Shown: positions 28,437 through 36,654 of the stretch, piece by piece
Layout of the letters: the number at the start of each line of letters is the position of its first letter
How positions within the stretch are numbered: position 1 is the first letter of the stretch
Source of the DNA: Burkholderiales bacterium
Lineage (GTDB): Bacteria > Pseudomonadota > Gammaproteobacteria > Burkholderiales > Ga0077523
Assembly: GCA_040373665.1 (NCBI GenBank)
Contig: JBEICA010000002.1
Location: 1-45,440, forward strand
DNA: 45,440 nucleotides
Direction: 5' to 3'
The notes under the pieces: generated by a model
Seen by the model: the letters and a program-made list of their open reading frames with translations, nothing else
Databases searched by the model: none
What the model was told of the DNA's origin: nothing
Program-made: the position numbers and the translations under genes

Positions 28437-30899
28437 CTACTGGGTGAGGCCCGTCACCGGCATCGCGCCGTCGCATTGCAGCAACTGCAGCACCTCCAGG
28501 GCCGCCGCCTTGGGCGAGTGCCGTACCCGCTCCTGGGGCGGCAGCACCGGACCGATGCAGGCCGGGCAGCCATGGGCGCAGGGACAATCGTGCACCAGTT
28601 CGTGGGCGCGCCGCACCACCTCGGCCTGCACACCGAACAGGGGTGCACTGATGCCGATGCCCCCGGGGTAGGCGTCGTAGAGGTGGACCGCCGGCCGGAA
28701 CGGCACATGGCTGGCGCGGAGGTCGACGGCCTGACCATCGAGGGTGCGTACGCCCGTCCGGCCCGAGGCGTCAACGGTGGCGGACCAGCCGGCCTGGCCG
28801 TCGCCCACCGACCGACCGATGTCACGCACTTCGGCCAGGCTCATCAGGGCCGCCATGTGATGCAGCGCGTGGGCGGCGCCGAGGAAGCCATCGAGCGCTT
28901 CGAAGCGGCTGGAAAAGGCACGCGCCAGGACCTCCGGCCGCAGTTCCCACCACACGGCCGTGGTGTGCATCTCCTGGTCGGGCAGGGTGACGTTGCCGTA
29001 GCCGATGTTCTCGTGCGTGTAGTAGCGGATTTTCTTGTACCCCGCCACGCGGCGCAGCACGTGCACCTCGCCGTGGCTGCAGTTGCCGGCGGCGTGCTCG
29101 TGGCGCTCGAATTCGTCGAGCACCTTGAGCTTCGTGTAGTCGATGGCGTCGGTGTAGTAGTCGACCGCCACCCGCCGGGCGTAGGCCTTGCGCCCGACCC
29201 AGTCGAGCCGCTCGATCTGCCACGGCGCCGCCTGGATGAGATGGATCGCACCCTCATACAGAGTGACGGCGGCGGCGGAGTAATCGACCTCGGCGATGAT
29301 GCGCTTTGCCCCGTCGGTGGTGTCGACCACCACGAAGTTGCCCTCCGCGATGGCGCGCAGGCTGACCGCGTTGGCCGGGTAGCCATCGGCGATCCAGTGC
29401 CAGCGCGGGCCCTCGCGGTGCAGCACACCCTGCTCGCGGAGATAGTCCAGGGCCTCGGCGACAGCGATGCCGCCGAAACGCTCGCCCTCGTCGAAGGGCA
29501 GCTCGAAGGCGGCACAGCGGATGTGATCCATGAGGATCAGCAGCTGGTCCGGATCGATGCGCGCATGTTCCGGGCTGCCCTCGAGGAAGAACGCGGGGTT
29601 GCGCGCCAGATACTGGTCGAGCAGATCGCTGGTGCACACCAGCACGCCGAGGGCCGTACGGTTGCGCCGGCCGGCACGGCCGAGACGCTGCAGCGCCGCC
29701 GCCACCGAACCCGGATAGCCATTGAGCACGCAGACGTCCAGCGCACCGATGTCGACCCCGAGCTCCAGCGCGGACGTCGAGACCACGCAGTCGATCCCGC
29801 CGGCGCGCAACCGCCGCTCCTTGTCGCGGCGCTCCGTGGGAAGGTAGCCGCCGCGATAGGAGGCGACCCGTGGCGGACGCCTGGGATCGCTGTCGAAGGC
29901 GTCCTTGAGGTATTTGGTGATGACCTCCACCTCGAGCCTCGCGTTGGCGAACACGATGGTCTTGAGCCCCATCTTCACGGCCGCGCGGGCGATGCGCGTC
30001 GACTGCGAACGCGCCGAGGCGCGCAGCCCGAGGTCGGGGTTGATGACGGGTGGGTTCCATACCAGCAGGTGGCGGCGGCCGCAGGGCGCGCCCGACTCCG
30101 TGACCGCCGCCACCGGGCTGCCCAGCAGGCGCTCCGCGAGCTCCTGGGGATTGGCAATGGTGGCCGAACAGAGGATGAAGCGCGGCGACGCGCCGTAGAA
30201 AGCGGCGATACGGCGCAGCCGGCGCAGCACGTTGGCCATGTGCGCGCCGAAAACCCCGCGGTAGGTGTGCAGTTCGTCGATGACGACATAGCGCAGGTTC
30301 TCGAAGAACTGCGCCCATTTGGTGTGGTGCGGCAGGATGGCCTGGTGCAGCATGTCCGGGTTCGACACCACGATGTCGCCGTGGGCGCGGACGGCCCGGC
30401 GTGCATCCCCCGGCGTGTCGCCGTCGAAGGTCATGGCGCGCACGCCAAGGTTGCCGGCGGCGTTGAGCTCGAGGATCTCGGCCACCTGGTCCTGGGACAG
30501 GGCCTTGGTGGGAAACAGGTAGAGCGCCTTGGACTGACCGGACAGGGCCGCCTGCAGCACCGGCACGTTGTAGCAGAGGGTCTTGCCCGAGGCGGTGGGC
30601 GTGACCACCACCACGTCGCGCCCCGCGGCCACGTGGTCCCAGCACTCGCGCTGGTGGGAATAGGGCTGCAGGATGCCGCGCTCGCGCAGCGCTCCCACCA
30701 GACAGGGGTCCAGCCCGGGCGGGAACCCGGCATGGCGGGCCGCACGCGCGGGCACCACCAGCTCGGCCACGATGCGATCGGCGTGGCGCCGCTTCAGCGC
30801 GGCGGCCAGGCTGCCGGCATCGCGTCGCGACGGATGGAAATCGTGATCCCCGGCGAGATCGGAGAACAGCTCGTTGCCGGACGTGCCTGCATGTTCCAT
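28437..30899 (-). CDS. DEAD/DEAH-box helicase with C-terminal DUF1998 zinc-binding domain (YprA/MrfA-like)
   Basis: Motif I TPTASGKTLCYNVP, motif II VVIDELHTYRG, motif III CSATI and motif VI LQRLGRAGRR. The C-terminus carries the four-Cys cluster CPCAHGCPACIGP. Confidence 0.92.
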   Translation of the reverse strand: MEHAGTSGNELFSDLAGDHDFHPSRRDAGSLAAALKRRHADRIVAELVVPARAARHAGFPPGLDPCLVGALRERGILQPYSHQRECWDHVAAGRDVVVVTPTASGKTLCYNVPVLQAALSGQSKALYLFPTKALSQDQVAEILELNAAGNLGVRAMTFDGDTPGDARRAVRAHGDIVVSNPDMLHQAILPHHTKWAQFFENLRYVVIDELHTYRGVFGAHMANVLRRLRRIAAFYGASPRFILCSATIANPQELAERLLGSPVAAVTESGAPCGRRHLLVWNPPVINPDLGLRASARSQSTRIARAAVKMGLKTIVFANARLEVEVITKYLKDAFDSDPRRPPRVASYRGGYLPTERRDKERRLRAGGIDCVVSTSALELGVDIGALDVCVLNGYPGSVAAALQRLGRAGRRNRTALGVLVCTSDLLDQYLARNPAFFLEGSPEHARIDPDQLLILMDHIRCAAFELPFDEGERFGGIAVAEALDYLREQGVLHREGPRWHWIADGYPANAVSLRAIAEGNFVVVDTTDGAKRIIAEVDYSAAAVTLYEGAIHLIQAAPWQIERLDWVGRKAYARRVAVDYYTDAIDYTKLKVLDEFERHEHAAGNCSHGEVHVLRRVAGYKKIRYYTHENIGYGNVTLPDQEMHTTAVWWELRPEVLARAFSSRFEALDGFLGAAHALHHMAALMSLAEVRDIGRSVGDGQAGWSATVDASGRTGVRTLDGQAVDLRASHVPFRPAVHLYDAYPGGIGISAPLFGVQAEVVRRAHELVHDCPCAHGCPACIGPVLPPQERVRHSPKAAALEVLQLLQCDGAMPVTGLTQ

Positions 30900-30907
30900 G
30901 ACACCCT

Positions 30908-30991
30908 CCCCTGCGATCGATTGTGCAGGGGGGGGTGGCTCACCGCGTGAGCCACCCCCGGGCGACGCTCCGGTTTTCTGGAGTGTCGCCC
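30908..30991. repeat. three consecutive GC-rich hairpins in the HAD/helicase spacer
   Basis: Hairpin 1: CCCCTGC (30908-14) / GCAGGGG (30925-31). Hairpin 2: GGGGTGGCTCAC (30932-43) / GTGAGCCACCCC (30947-58), a 12-bp perfect stem with a 3-nt loop. Hairpin 3: GGGCGACGCTCC (30960-71) / GGAGTGTCGCCC (30980-91), 11 Watson-Crick pairs plus one G.T. No U-tract follows on the minus (coding) strand. Confidence 0.6.
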
Positions 30992-31012
30992 TCAGGGCTG
31001 ACGGGCGACCGC

Positions 31013-31849
31013 TCAGGGCACCATGCGCGTCGCGAACTCCTGGAAGGAGCGCGCGGCGATGTCCACCTGCACCGTTGGCACAGCCTCGCCGGTGCCAGGC
31101 CCGAACTCATCGGGCTGGGCCACGAAACCGGTGCGCAGGCCGACCTTGCCCGCCGCCTCGAGGTCGTTGCTGTGGGCGGCGACCATCATGCACTCGTGCG
31201 GCTCGATTCCCAGGGCCTCGGCCGCCGCGAGATAGACACGGGGCTTCGGCTTGTAGTCGCCCGCGATCTCGGCCCCGAGGATGGCATCCCAGGGAAACTC
31301 GTTGCGCCGCGCCAGATCGACCATGAGCGAGATGTTGCCGTTGGAGCAGGGTCCGAGCATGAACTTGCGACGCAGGCGGTGCAGGCCGGCGGTGACGCCC
31401 GGCCAGGCGTCCAGTCGGTGCCAGACCAGATTGAGGTTGCGCAGGGTCGGTTCGTCGAGGGACTGGAGTCCGAAACGCGGGCGGATGCGGTCGAGCATGC
31501 CGCGGTGCACCACGTCCAGACGCGAGAACGGCTTGCGGCCGGCACGGATCTCTTCCATCCCCGGCTGGTATTCGGCCCGCCAGGCATCCGCGAACGCGAC
31601 CCAGTCGAGCTTGTAGCCCATCGGCTCGAGAATCATGCGCGACTCGCGCGCCACGCAGGTGCGCCAGTCCACCAGGGTGCCGAACACGTCGAACACCATT
31701 GCCTTCACACCGTCCATGGATTTCCCCGTTTCGTGTTGCGACCACGCCGGGCGCGCGCCCGCCAGTCCGAGTCCGCCGAGTACTCCCGCGGTACCGAGCC
31801 AGCCGGCACGACGCAGGAAGTCGCGGCGAGATAAGGAATTCATCGTCAT
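31013..31849 (-). CDS. HAD-superfamily hydrolase (type II haloacid dehalogenase-like) with a twin-arginine signal
   Basis: Tat motif SRRDFLRRAGWLGTAGVLGG...AWSQ. It is followed by the HAD motif I VFDVFGTLVDW and the motifs SNGN and AHSNDLEAA. Confidence 0.82.
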   Translation of the reverse strand: MTMNSLSRRDFLRRAGWLGTAGVLGGLGLAGARPAWSQHETGKSMDGVKAMVFDVFGTLVDWRTCVARESRMILEPMGYKLDWVAFADAWRAEYQPGMEEIRAGRKPFSRLDVVHRGMLDRIRPRFGLQSLDEPTLRNLNLVWHRLDAWPGVTAGLHRLRRKFMLGPCSNGNISLMVDLARRNEFPWDAILGAEIAGDYKPKPRVYLAAAEALGIEPHECMMVAAHSNDLEAAGKVGLRTGFVAQPDEFGPGTGEAVPTVQVDIAARSFQEFATRMVP

Positions 31850-31882
31850 TCTCCCTTGTAGGTTCTGATGTCGGGACTGCGG

Positions 31883-32962
31883 TCAGCGATGCGACGCCGA
31901 GCCCACAGCCGCGCACACCGCGGCCGTCACATCCGCCGTCGTGGCCGTACCACCCAGATCCCGGGTGTGCAGCGCGGGTCTGGCCATCACCTGCTCGATG
32001 GCGGCCATCACCCGTCGCGCCGCGGCCTGTTCCCCGAAGTGTTCGAGCATCATGACCACGGACCAGAAGGTGCCGATCGGATTTGCGAGTCCCCTTCCCA
32101 TGATATCGAAAGCCGAGCCGTGGATCGGCTCGAACATCGAGGGGAAGCGCCGCTCGGGGTCGATGTTGCCGGTCGGTGCGATGCCCAGGCTGCCCGCCAG
32201 GGCAGCCGCGAGATCGCTCAGGATGTCGGCGTGGAGGTTGGTGGCGACGATGGTGTCCAGCGAGGCGGGGCGATTGACCATGCGCGCCGTGGCGGCATCG
32301 ACCAGTTCCTTGTCCCAGCGCACGTCCGGGAATTCGCGTGCCACCGACATCGCGACCTCGTCCCACATCACCATGGCGTGACGCTGGGCGTTGGACTTGG
32401 TGACCACGGTGAGCTGCCGGCGCGGCCGCGACTGCGCCAGCCGGAAGGCGTAGCGGATGATGCGCTCGACCCCGGCCCGGGTCATGAGGGTGACGTCGGT
32501 GGCGGCCTCGATCGGGAGCCCCTGGTGGACACGCCCGCCTGCGCCGGAATACTCGCCCTCGGAGTTCTCGCGCACGATGACCCAGTCGAGATCCCCTGGA
32601 GCACAACGCTTGAGCGGCCCGTCGATGCCGGGCAGCAGGCGTGTGGGCCGCACGTTCGCGTACTGGTCGAGGCCCTGACAGATCCGCAGGCGCAGGCCCC
32701 AGAGGGTGACGTGGTCGGGGATGTCCGGGCCGCCCGCCGAGCCGAACAGAATGGCGTCCTTGCCACGGAGCCGATCCAGACCGTCCTCGGGCATCATCCG
32801 CCCATGTCTGCGATAGTAGTCACCGCCCCAGTCGAAGTCCTCGAACTCGAAGGCGAGCGAGGCGTCGGCGTCGGCCAGCGCCTCCAGCAGCTGGCGGCCG
32901 GCAGGTACCACTTCCTTGCCGATGCCGTCCCCGGGAATGGTGGCGATGCGATACATGGTCAT
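31883..32962 (-). CDS. tartrate dehydrogenase/decarboxylase (D-malate dehydrogenase) of the isocitrate/isopropylmalate dehydrogenase family
   Basis: YRIATIPGDGIGKEV, VRENSEGEYSG and NLHADILSDLAAALAGSLGIAPTGNI. Length and motifs match TtuC/DmlA-type enzymes. Confidence 0.88.
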   Translation of the reverse strand: MTMYRIATIPGDGIGKEVVPAGRQLLEALADADASLAFEFEDFDWGGDYYRRHGRMMPEDGLDRLRGKDAILFGSAGGPDIPDHVTLWGLRLRICQGLDQYANVRPTRLLPGIDGPLKRCAPGDLDWVIVRENSEGEYSGAGGRVHQGLPIEAATDVTLMTRAGVERIIRYAFRLAQSRPRRQLTVVTKSNAQRHAMVMWDEVAMSVAREFPDVRWDKELVDAATARMVNRPASLDTIVATNLHADILSDLAAALAGSLGIAPTGNIDPERRFPSMFEPIHGSAFDIMGRGLANPIGTFWSVVMMLEHFGEQAAARRVMAAIEQVMARPALHTRDLGGTATTADVTAAVCAAVGSASHR

Positions 32963-33073
32963 GCACGGGCTCCGGAACCAGATGGGAATGCACGACTGTA
33001 AGATGCCCGAACCGAGCGGACGCGCACATGCAGTGAATCCAGGTTTAACTCTCAGTCAACAATCCGACAAGCC

Positions 33074-33994
33074 ATGGAATCCGCGATCCCGCCAGCCGAC
33101 CTGGGATTTTTCTGCACGCTGGCCGCTTGCGGCAGCCTGAGCGCTGCCGCGCGGGAACTCGGCGTCACCACGCCAGCCGTGAGCAAGCGGCTTGCACAGA
33201 TGGAAGCCCGGCTCGGCGTCACGCTGGTGACGCGCTCGACGCGCCGGATGAGTCTCACGCCGGAAGGCGAACTCTATCTGGACTGTGCGCGGCGGGTTCT
33301 CGGCGAACTGGATGCGCTCTCGCACGAACTCGGGCAGGCTCGCGAGGTTCCGCGTGGGCCGCTTCGCGTGAACGCGACGCTGGGTTTCGGGCGACGCCAC
33401 GTCGCACCCATCATCTCCCGGTTCGTCAGGCGTTATCCCGAAGTCCAGGTCCAGCTGCAACTATCCGTGGACCCACCCCCGCTGACGGATGACGCGTTCG
33501 ATGTGTGCGTACGCTTCGGATCCCCGCCCGATGGCCGGGTCGTCTCGCGGCTGCTCGCCCCGAACCGGCGTCTGCTGTGCGCCGCGCCTTCCTACCTCGC
33601 GCGGCGCGGCCCGCCCCGCACGCCCGCAGACCTGGCGCGCCACGACTGCATCTGCATCCGTCAGGGGGACGAGGCCTATGGAACGTGGACGCTCCATTCG
33701 GGCCATCCGCGGCGCCACCCCGAGACGGTCAAGGTGCAGGGCACACTCACGACCAACGACGGCGAGGTCGCCGTCGCCTGGGCGCTGGAGGGCCAGGGCA
33801 TCGTCATGCGCGCGGAGTGGGACATCGCCCACCATCTTCGCGCAGGACGGCTTGTGCAGGTGCTCCCGGCGCATCACACACCGGAAGCCGACATCCACGT
33901 CGTGTATCCGCACCGGCGGCAACTGGCGAATCGGGTGCGCGTCTTCGTGGATTTTCTTGCAGCAGCGATGGAGAAGACGCTGACTGACGCATAG
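33074..33994 (+). CDS. LysR-family transcriptional regulator, divergent from the tartrate dehydrogenase operon
   Basis: N-terminal wHTH FFCTLAACGSLSAAARELGVTTPAVSKRLAQMEARLGVTLVTRSTR plus a LysR substrate-binding domain. Confidence 0.9.
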   Translation: MESAIPPADLGFFCTLAACGSLSAAARELGVTTPAVSKRLAQMEARLGVTLVTRSTRRMSLTPEGELYLDCARRVLGELDALSHELGQAREVPRGPLRVNATLGFGRRHVAPIISRFVRRYPEVQVQLQLSVDPPPLTDDAFDVCVRFGSPPDGRVVSRLLAPNRRLLCAAPSYLARRGPPRTPADLARHDCICIRQGDEAYGTWTLHSGHPRRHPETVKVQGTLTTNDGEVAVAWALEGQGIVMRAEWDIAHHLRAGRLVQVLPAHHTPEADIHVVYPHRRQLANRVRVFVDFLAAAMEKTLTDA

Positions 33995-34207
33995 TCCCGG
34001 AACTGCGCCACGTCAGCGCCCGACCTGCGCATTGCCGCCCTCCATGCGGGCATTGAAGCGATCAGTCCGCCGGATCCGCCGGGCGCCTTGGCCGGACCCG
34101 CGCTGGCTCCGCAGGCTCTTGAGCCGACTGGCATTCCGAATCGGCCTCGCCCACAGCCGGCGGCTGTGCTGTGAACCCTCTGGCGCACACCATGTCACGC
34201 TCTATTT

Positions 34208-34220
34208 GCAACCACGTTGC
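34208..34220. promoter_or_regulatory. candidate operator, site A: GCAAC-CAC-GTTGC
   Basis: Perfect 5-3-5 inverted repeat 65 nt upstream of the proposed GTG start of the NiCoT-like gene. It is one of five related sites in the metal island. Confidence 0.35.
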
Positions 34221-34284
34221 GCGTTTAGTAAAGTCCTTGTCACGGTCACGGAAGGCAAGGCCGCCATGCGACGGGGGGGACATT

Positions 34285-35067
34285 GTGGAGGCGGCATCGG
34301 ATCTCGCGACGAGCGGCGCATGGCTGATGTTCCTGCTCGGACTGCGCCACGGCTTCGACCCCGATCACATCGCCATTGTCGATGCGCTGGCGGTGAGGGC
34401 CCACCACGACAGGCCGGCGCTGGCTCCCTGGGTCGGATCGCTTTTCGCCCTCGGGCACGGGGGCGTTGTCTGTGCGGTCGCGGTTGCCGTGTGTCTCCTC
34501 AGCCGCTCGGTGTCGCTCCCCGCGCCACTCGCTCGGATCGTGGACTGGATCCCCGTCATCATGCTTGTGGCGGTGGGAACAGCAAGTGCCGTCTCGCTGT
34601 GGGTGACGCGGGGAGCCTCGCCCTCCTTGTGGGGCCGCCTGGCACGGGCTGGCGCCGGCCGCCCGGTCCATCCCGCCTCCGTGATCGCGGTGGGAGCTCT
34701 GTTCGCCCTCGTCTTCGACACGACCTCCCAGGCGGCCGCCTGGGGCTACGCGGCCTCCCGAAGCGATGGCGTGCAAGCGGCCATCGTCATCGGCGCCTTG
34801 TTCACCCTTGGCATGATGATCACTGACACCCTGGACAGCCGTCTGCTGAGCGGTTTGATGCGGCGGGCGAGCCGCCGGGACGCACGCGCATTTCGCATCT
34901 ATCTGAGCTTGCTCGTGGTTGCCCTGTCATACGGCATCGCAGCCATCGGAGTCGCTGAAAGACTCGGTGTCGTTACCCCCCGGTCGGACACTGGCTTCAC
35001 CGCGATGGGCGTCGCGTGCGTGGTGTTGGTTGCTGCGGGCTATGCATGGCTGGCGGCACGCCGGTAA
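34285..35067 (+). CDS. short NiCoT/NicO-family nickel-cobalt-type transporter
   Basis: LLGLRHGFDPDHIAIVDA matches the NiCoT signature RHAxDADHI. FALVFDTTSQ matches the second signature LGFDTATE. About 6 TM segments. GTG at 34285 is preceded by GGGGGGA. The track start (GTG 34171) and ATG 34192 are alternatives. Confidence 0.68.
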   Translation: MEAASDLATSGAWLMFLLGLRHGFDPDHIAIVDALAVRAHHDRPALAPWVGSLFALGHGGVVCAVAVAVCLLSRSVSLPAPLARIVDWIPVIMLVAVGTASAVSLWVTRGASPSLWGRLARAGAGRPVHPASVIAVGALFALVFDTTSQAAAWGYAASRSDGVQAAIVIGALFTLGMMITDTLDSRLLSGLMRRASRRDARAFRIYLSLLVVALSYGIAAIGVAERLGVVTPRSDTGFTAMGVACVVLVAAGYAWLAARR

Positions 35068-35164
35068 AAGGATGCCACGCCTCGCCAGGGAGACAGGCAG
35101 GGCTCGCGCTTCCCGCAATCGGGAAAGCAACGGCGCTGACTGCCACCCTGAACCAAAACGCGCG

Positions 35165-36547
35165 TCAGACCGCGCCGGTCATCGCCACTGAGGCCGCCTT
35201 CGGACTCACCGCACAGGACAGGAAGTCCCTGCGCAACGACTCCCGGTCGAGGTTCCTGCCGATGAACACCAGCCGGTTCGTCCGCGGCCGGTCGCCCCAT
35301 GGGCCACCGCGCTGCCCGTCGAACAGCATGTGCACGCCCTGGAACACGTACCGCTCATCCTCTCCGGCGACATTCAACAGCCCCTTCATGCGGAAGATGT
35401 CGGCCCCCTGCGTTTGAAGCAGTCGGCTGAGCCAGGCGTTGACCCGTTCTCCGTCCACAGCGCCGTCGAACTCGACGCCGACAGAGGTGACCGTGTCGTC
35501 ATGCTCGTGCGCGGCGGCAAAACGCACTTCGGCGACGGCTGTCAGGGCAGTCCCAGCCGCATCGGTCACCTGCAGCGCGAACTCCTCCGGAAGGTGCTCG
35601 GTGAACACTGCGACGCGCCCCGGTCGCCCGGTCGCGATTGGAAACAGCTTGGTTCCGCCGGACTCGAGCCGCATGGTGCGCGCGAGGCCGTCCGCTTGCA
35701 CCGTCATTCCCGGGACGAGCTCTCCGGCGGGGCTGGAGAAGGCCCGGAACACACGCTCCGCGAGCTCGCCGAGGGAGTCGCTCTCGCCCGACGGCCAGGG
35801 GATCGCAAGGCACGCCATCGTTGGATCGGGACCCTCTTTGAGCCGAAGCTGAGCGCCGGCCGCATCGATCTCGAAGGCTCCTGCCCACTCGAACGGATAT
35901 TCGGGCTCGAGGAACGTCGGCTTGAGGGCCAGGGCTCGCTCGAGGTCGAACCCCCCCAGGTCGAGGACGTCAGCCATCGGAGCTCTCGACATGACGACCC
36001 GGCGGACACGCGCCAGGCCATTCATGGCGTGAATGCGGGACTCGACGACATCAGCTTCCGCAGCGGTGACGAGGTCGGTCTTGTTGAGCAGGATGACATC
36101 CGCGAACGCGATCTGCGCCTTGACTTCGTCGCTGGTGTCCAGATGGTGCAGCACGTGCTTGGCGTCCACCACCGTGACGATGCCATCCAGGCTCAGATCG
36201 TCCCTGATATCGTCATCGACGAAGAAGGTCTGCGCCACCGGACCGGGATCGGCCATCCCCGTTGTCTCGATGAGTATCCGGTCGAATTTGTCTCGGCGCT
36301 TCATCAGATTGCCGAGAATCCTGATCAGATCCCCGCGAACGGTGCAGCAGATGCATCCGTTGTTCATCTCGAAGATTTCCTCGTCGGCGCGGATCACCAG
36401 GTCCTGGTCGACACCGATTTCGCCGAACTCGTTCTCGATGACCGCGATCCTCTGCCCGTGGTTCTCGGTCAGTATCCGGTTCAGGAGCGTCGTCTTGCCG
36501 GCACCGAGGAAGCCGGTCAGTACGGTCACCGGGATCTTTCTTTTCAT
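35165..36547 (-). CDS. COG0523/CobW-family G3E GTPase metallochaperone (long form with internal insert)
   Basis: GGAGGG lies 5 nt upstream of the ATG at 36547. The protein has Walker [15 protein letters not shown], the metal motif [16 protein letters not shown] and G4 LLNKTDL. The CobW_C end is FRMKGLLNV...VFQGVH. An extra segment of about 130 aa sits between the G domain and CobW_C. Confidence 0.9.
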   Translation of the reverse strand: MKRKIPVTVLTGFLGAGKTTLLNRILTENHGQRIAVIENEFGEIGVDQDLVIRADEEIFEMNNGCICCTVRGDLIRILGNLMKRRDKFDRILIETTGMADPGPVAQTFFVDDDIRDDLSLDGIVTVVDAKHVLHHLDTSDEVKAQIAFADVILLNKTDLVTAAEADVVESRIHAMNGLARVRRVVMSRAPMADVLDLGGFDLERALALKPTFLEPEYPFEWAGAFEIDAAGAQLRLKEGPDPTMACLAIPWPSGESDSLGELAERVFRAFSSPAGELVPGMTVQADGLARTMRLESGGTKLFPIATGRPGRVAVFTEHLPEEFALQVTDAAGTALTAVAEVRFAAAHEHDDTVTSVGVEFDGAVDGERVNAWLSRLLQTQGADIFRMKGLLNVAGEDERYVFQGVHMLFDGQRGGPWGDRPRTNRLVFIGRNLDRESLRRDFLSCAVSPKAASVAMTGAV

Positions 36548-36601
36548 GTTTCCCTCCGACATGTGGCGCGCGCACGCGCTTTACGCCTCTAGTATGTACG
36601 C

Positions 36602-36614
36602 GCAACTGGGTGGC
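36602..36614. promoter_or_regulatory. candidate operator, site C: GCAAC-TGG-GTGGC
   Basis: 5-3-5 inverted repeat (one mismatch) in the divergent cobW-like/WD40 promoter region. Confidence 0.3.
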
Positions 36615-36654
36615 GTCTAGAATCAGGGATCGTGAACTCGAGGAAGCCTTCGTC

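Noticed and set aside
28437-30899. The DUF1998 helicase as part of a DISARM-like or other phage-defence system
   Set aside because: No methyltransferase, PLD-nuclease or other defence partner lies nearby. The immediately coupled RNase-H-fold exonuclease matches the MrfA/MrfB repair pairing instead.
28413-30950. 845-aa plus-strand ORF
   Set aside because: It is antisense to the DEAH/DUF1998 helicase, whose motifs I, II, III and VI are unambiguous on the minus strand. No motif is recognisable in the plus-strand product.
33995-34284. Cobalamin or NiCo riboswitch upstream of the NiCoT-like transporter
   Set aside because: I could not find a B12-box-like element (GCCACTG context) or any other conserved riboswitch core that I remember. 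The region instead contains the short palindrome reported as operator site A.
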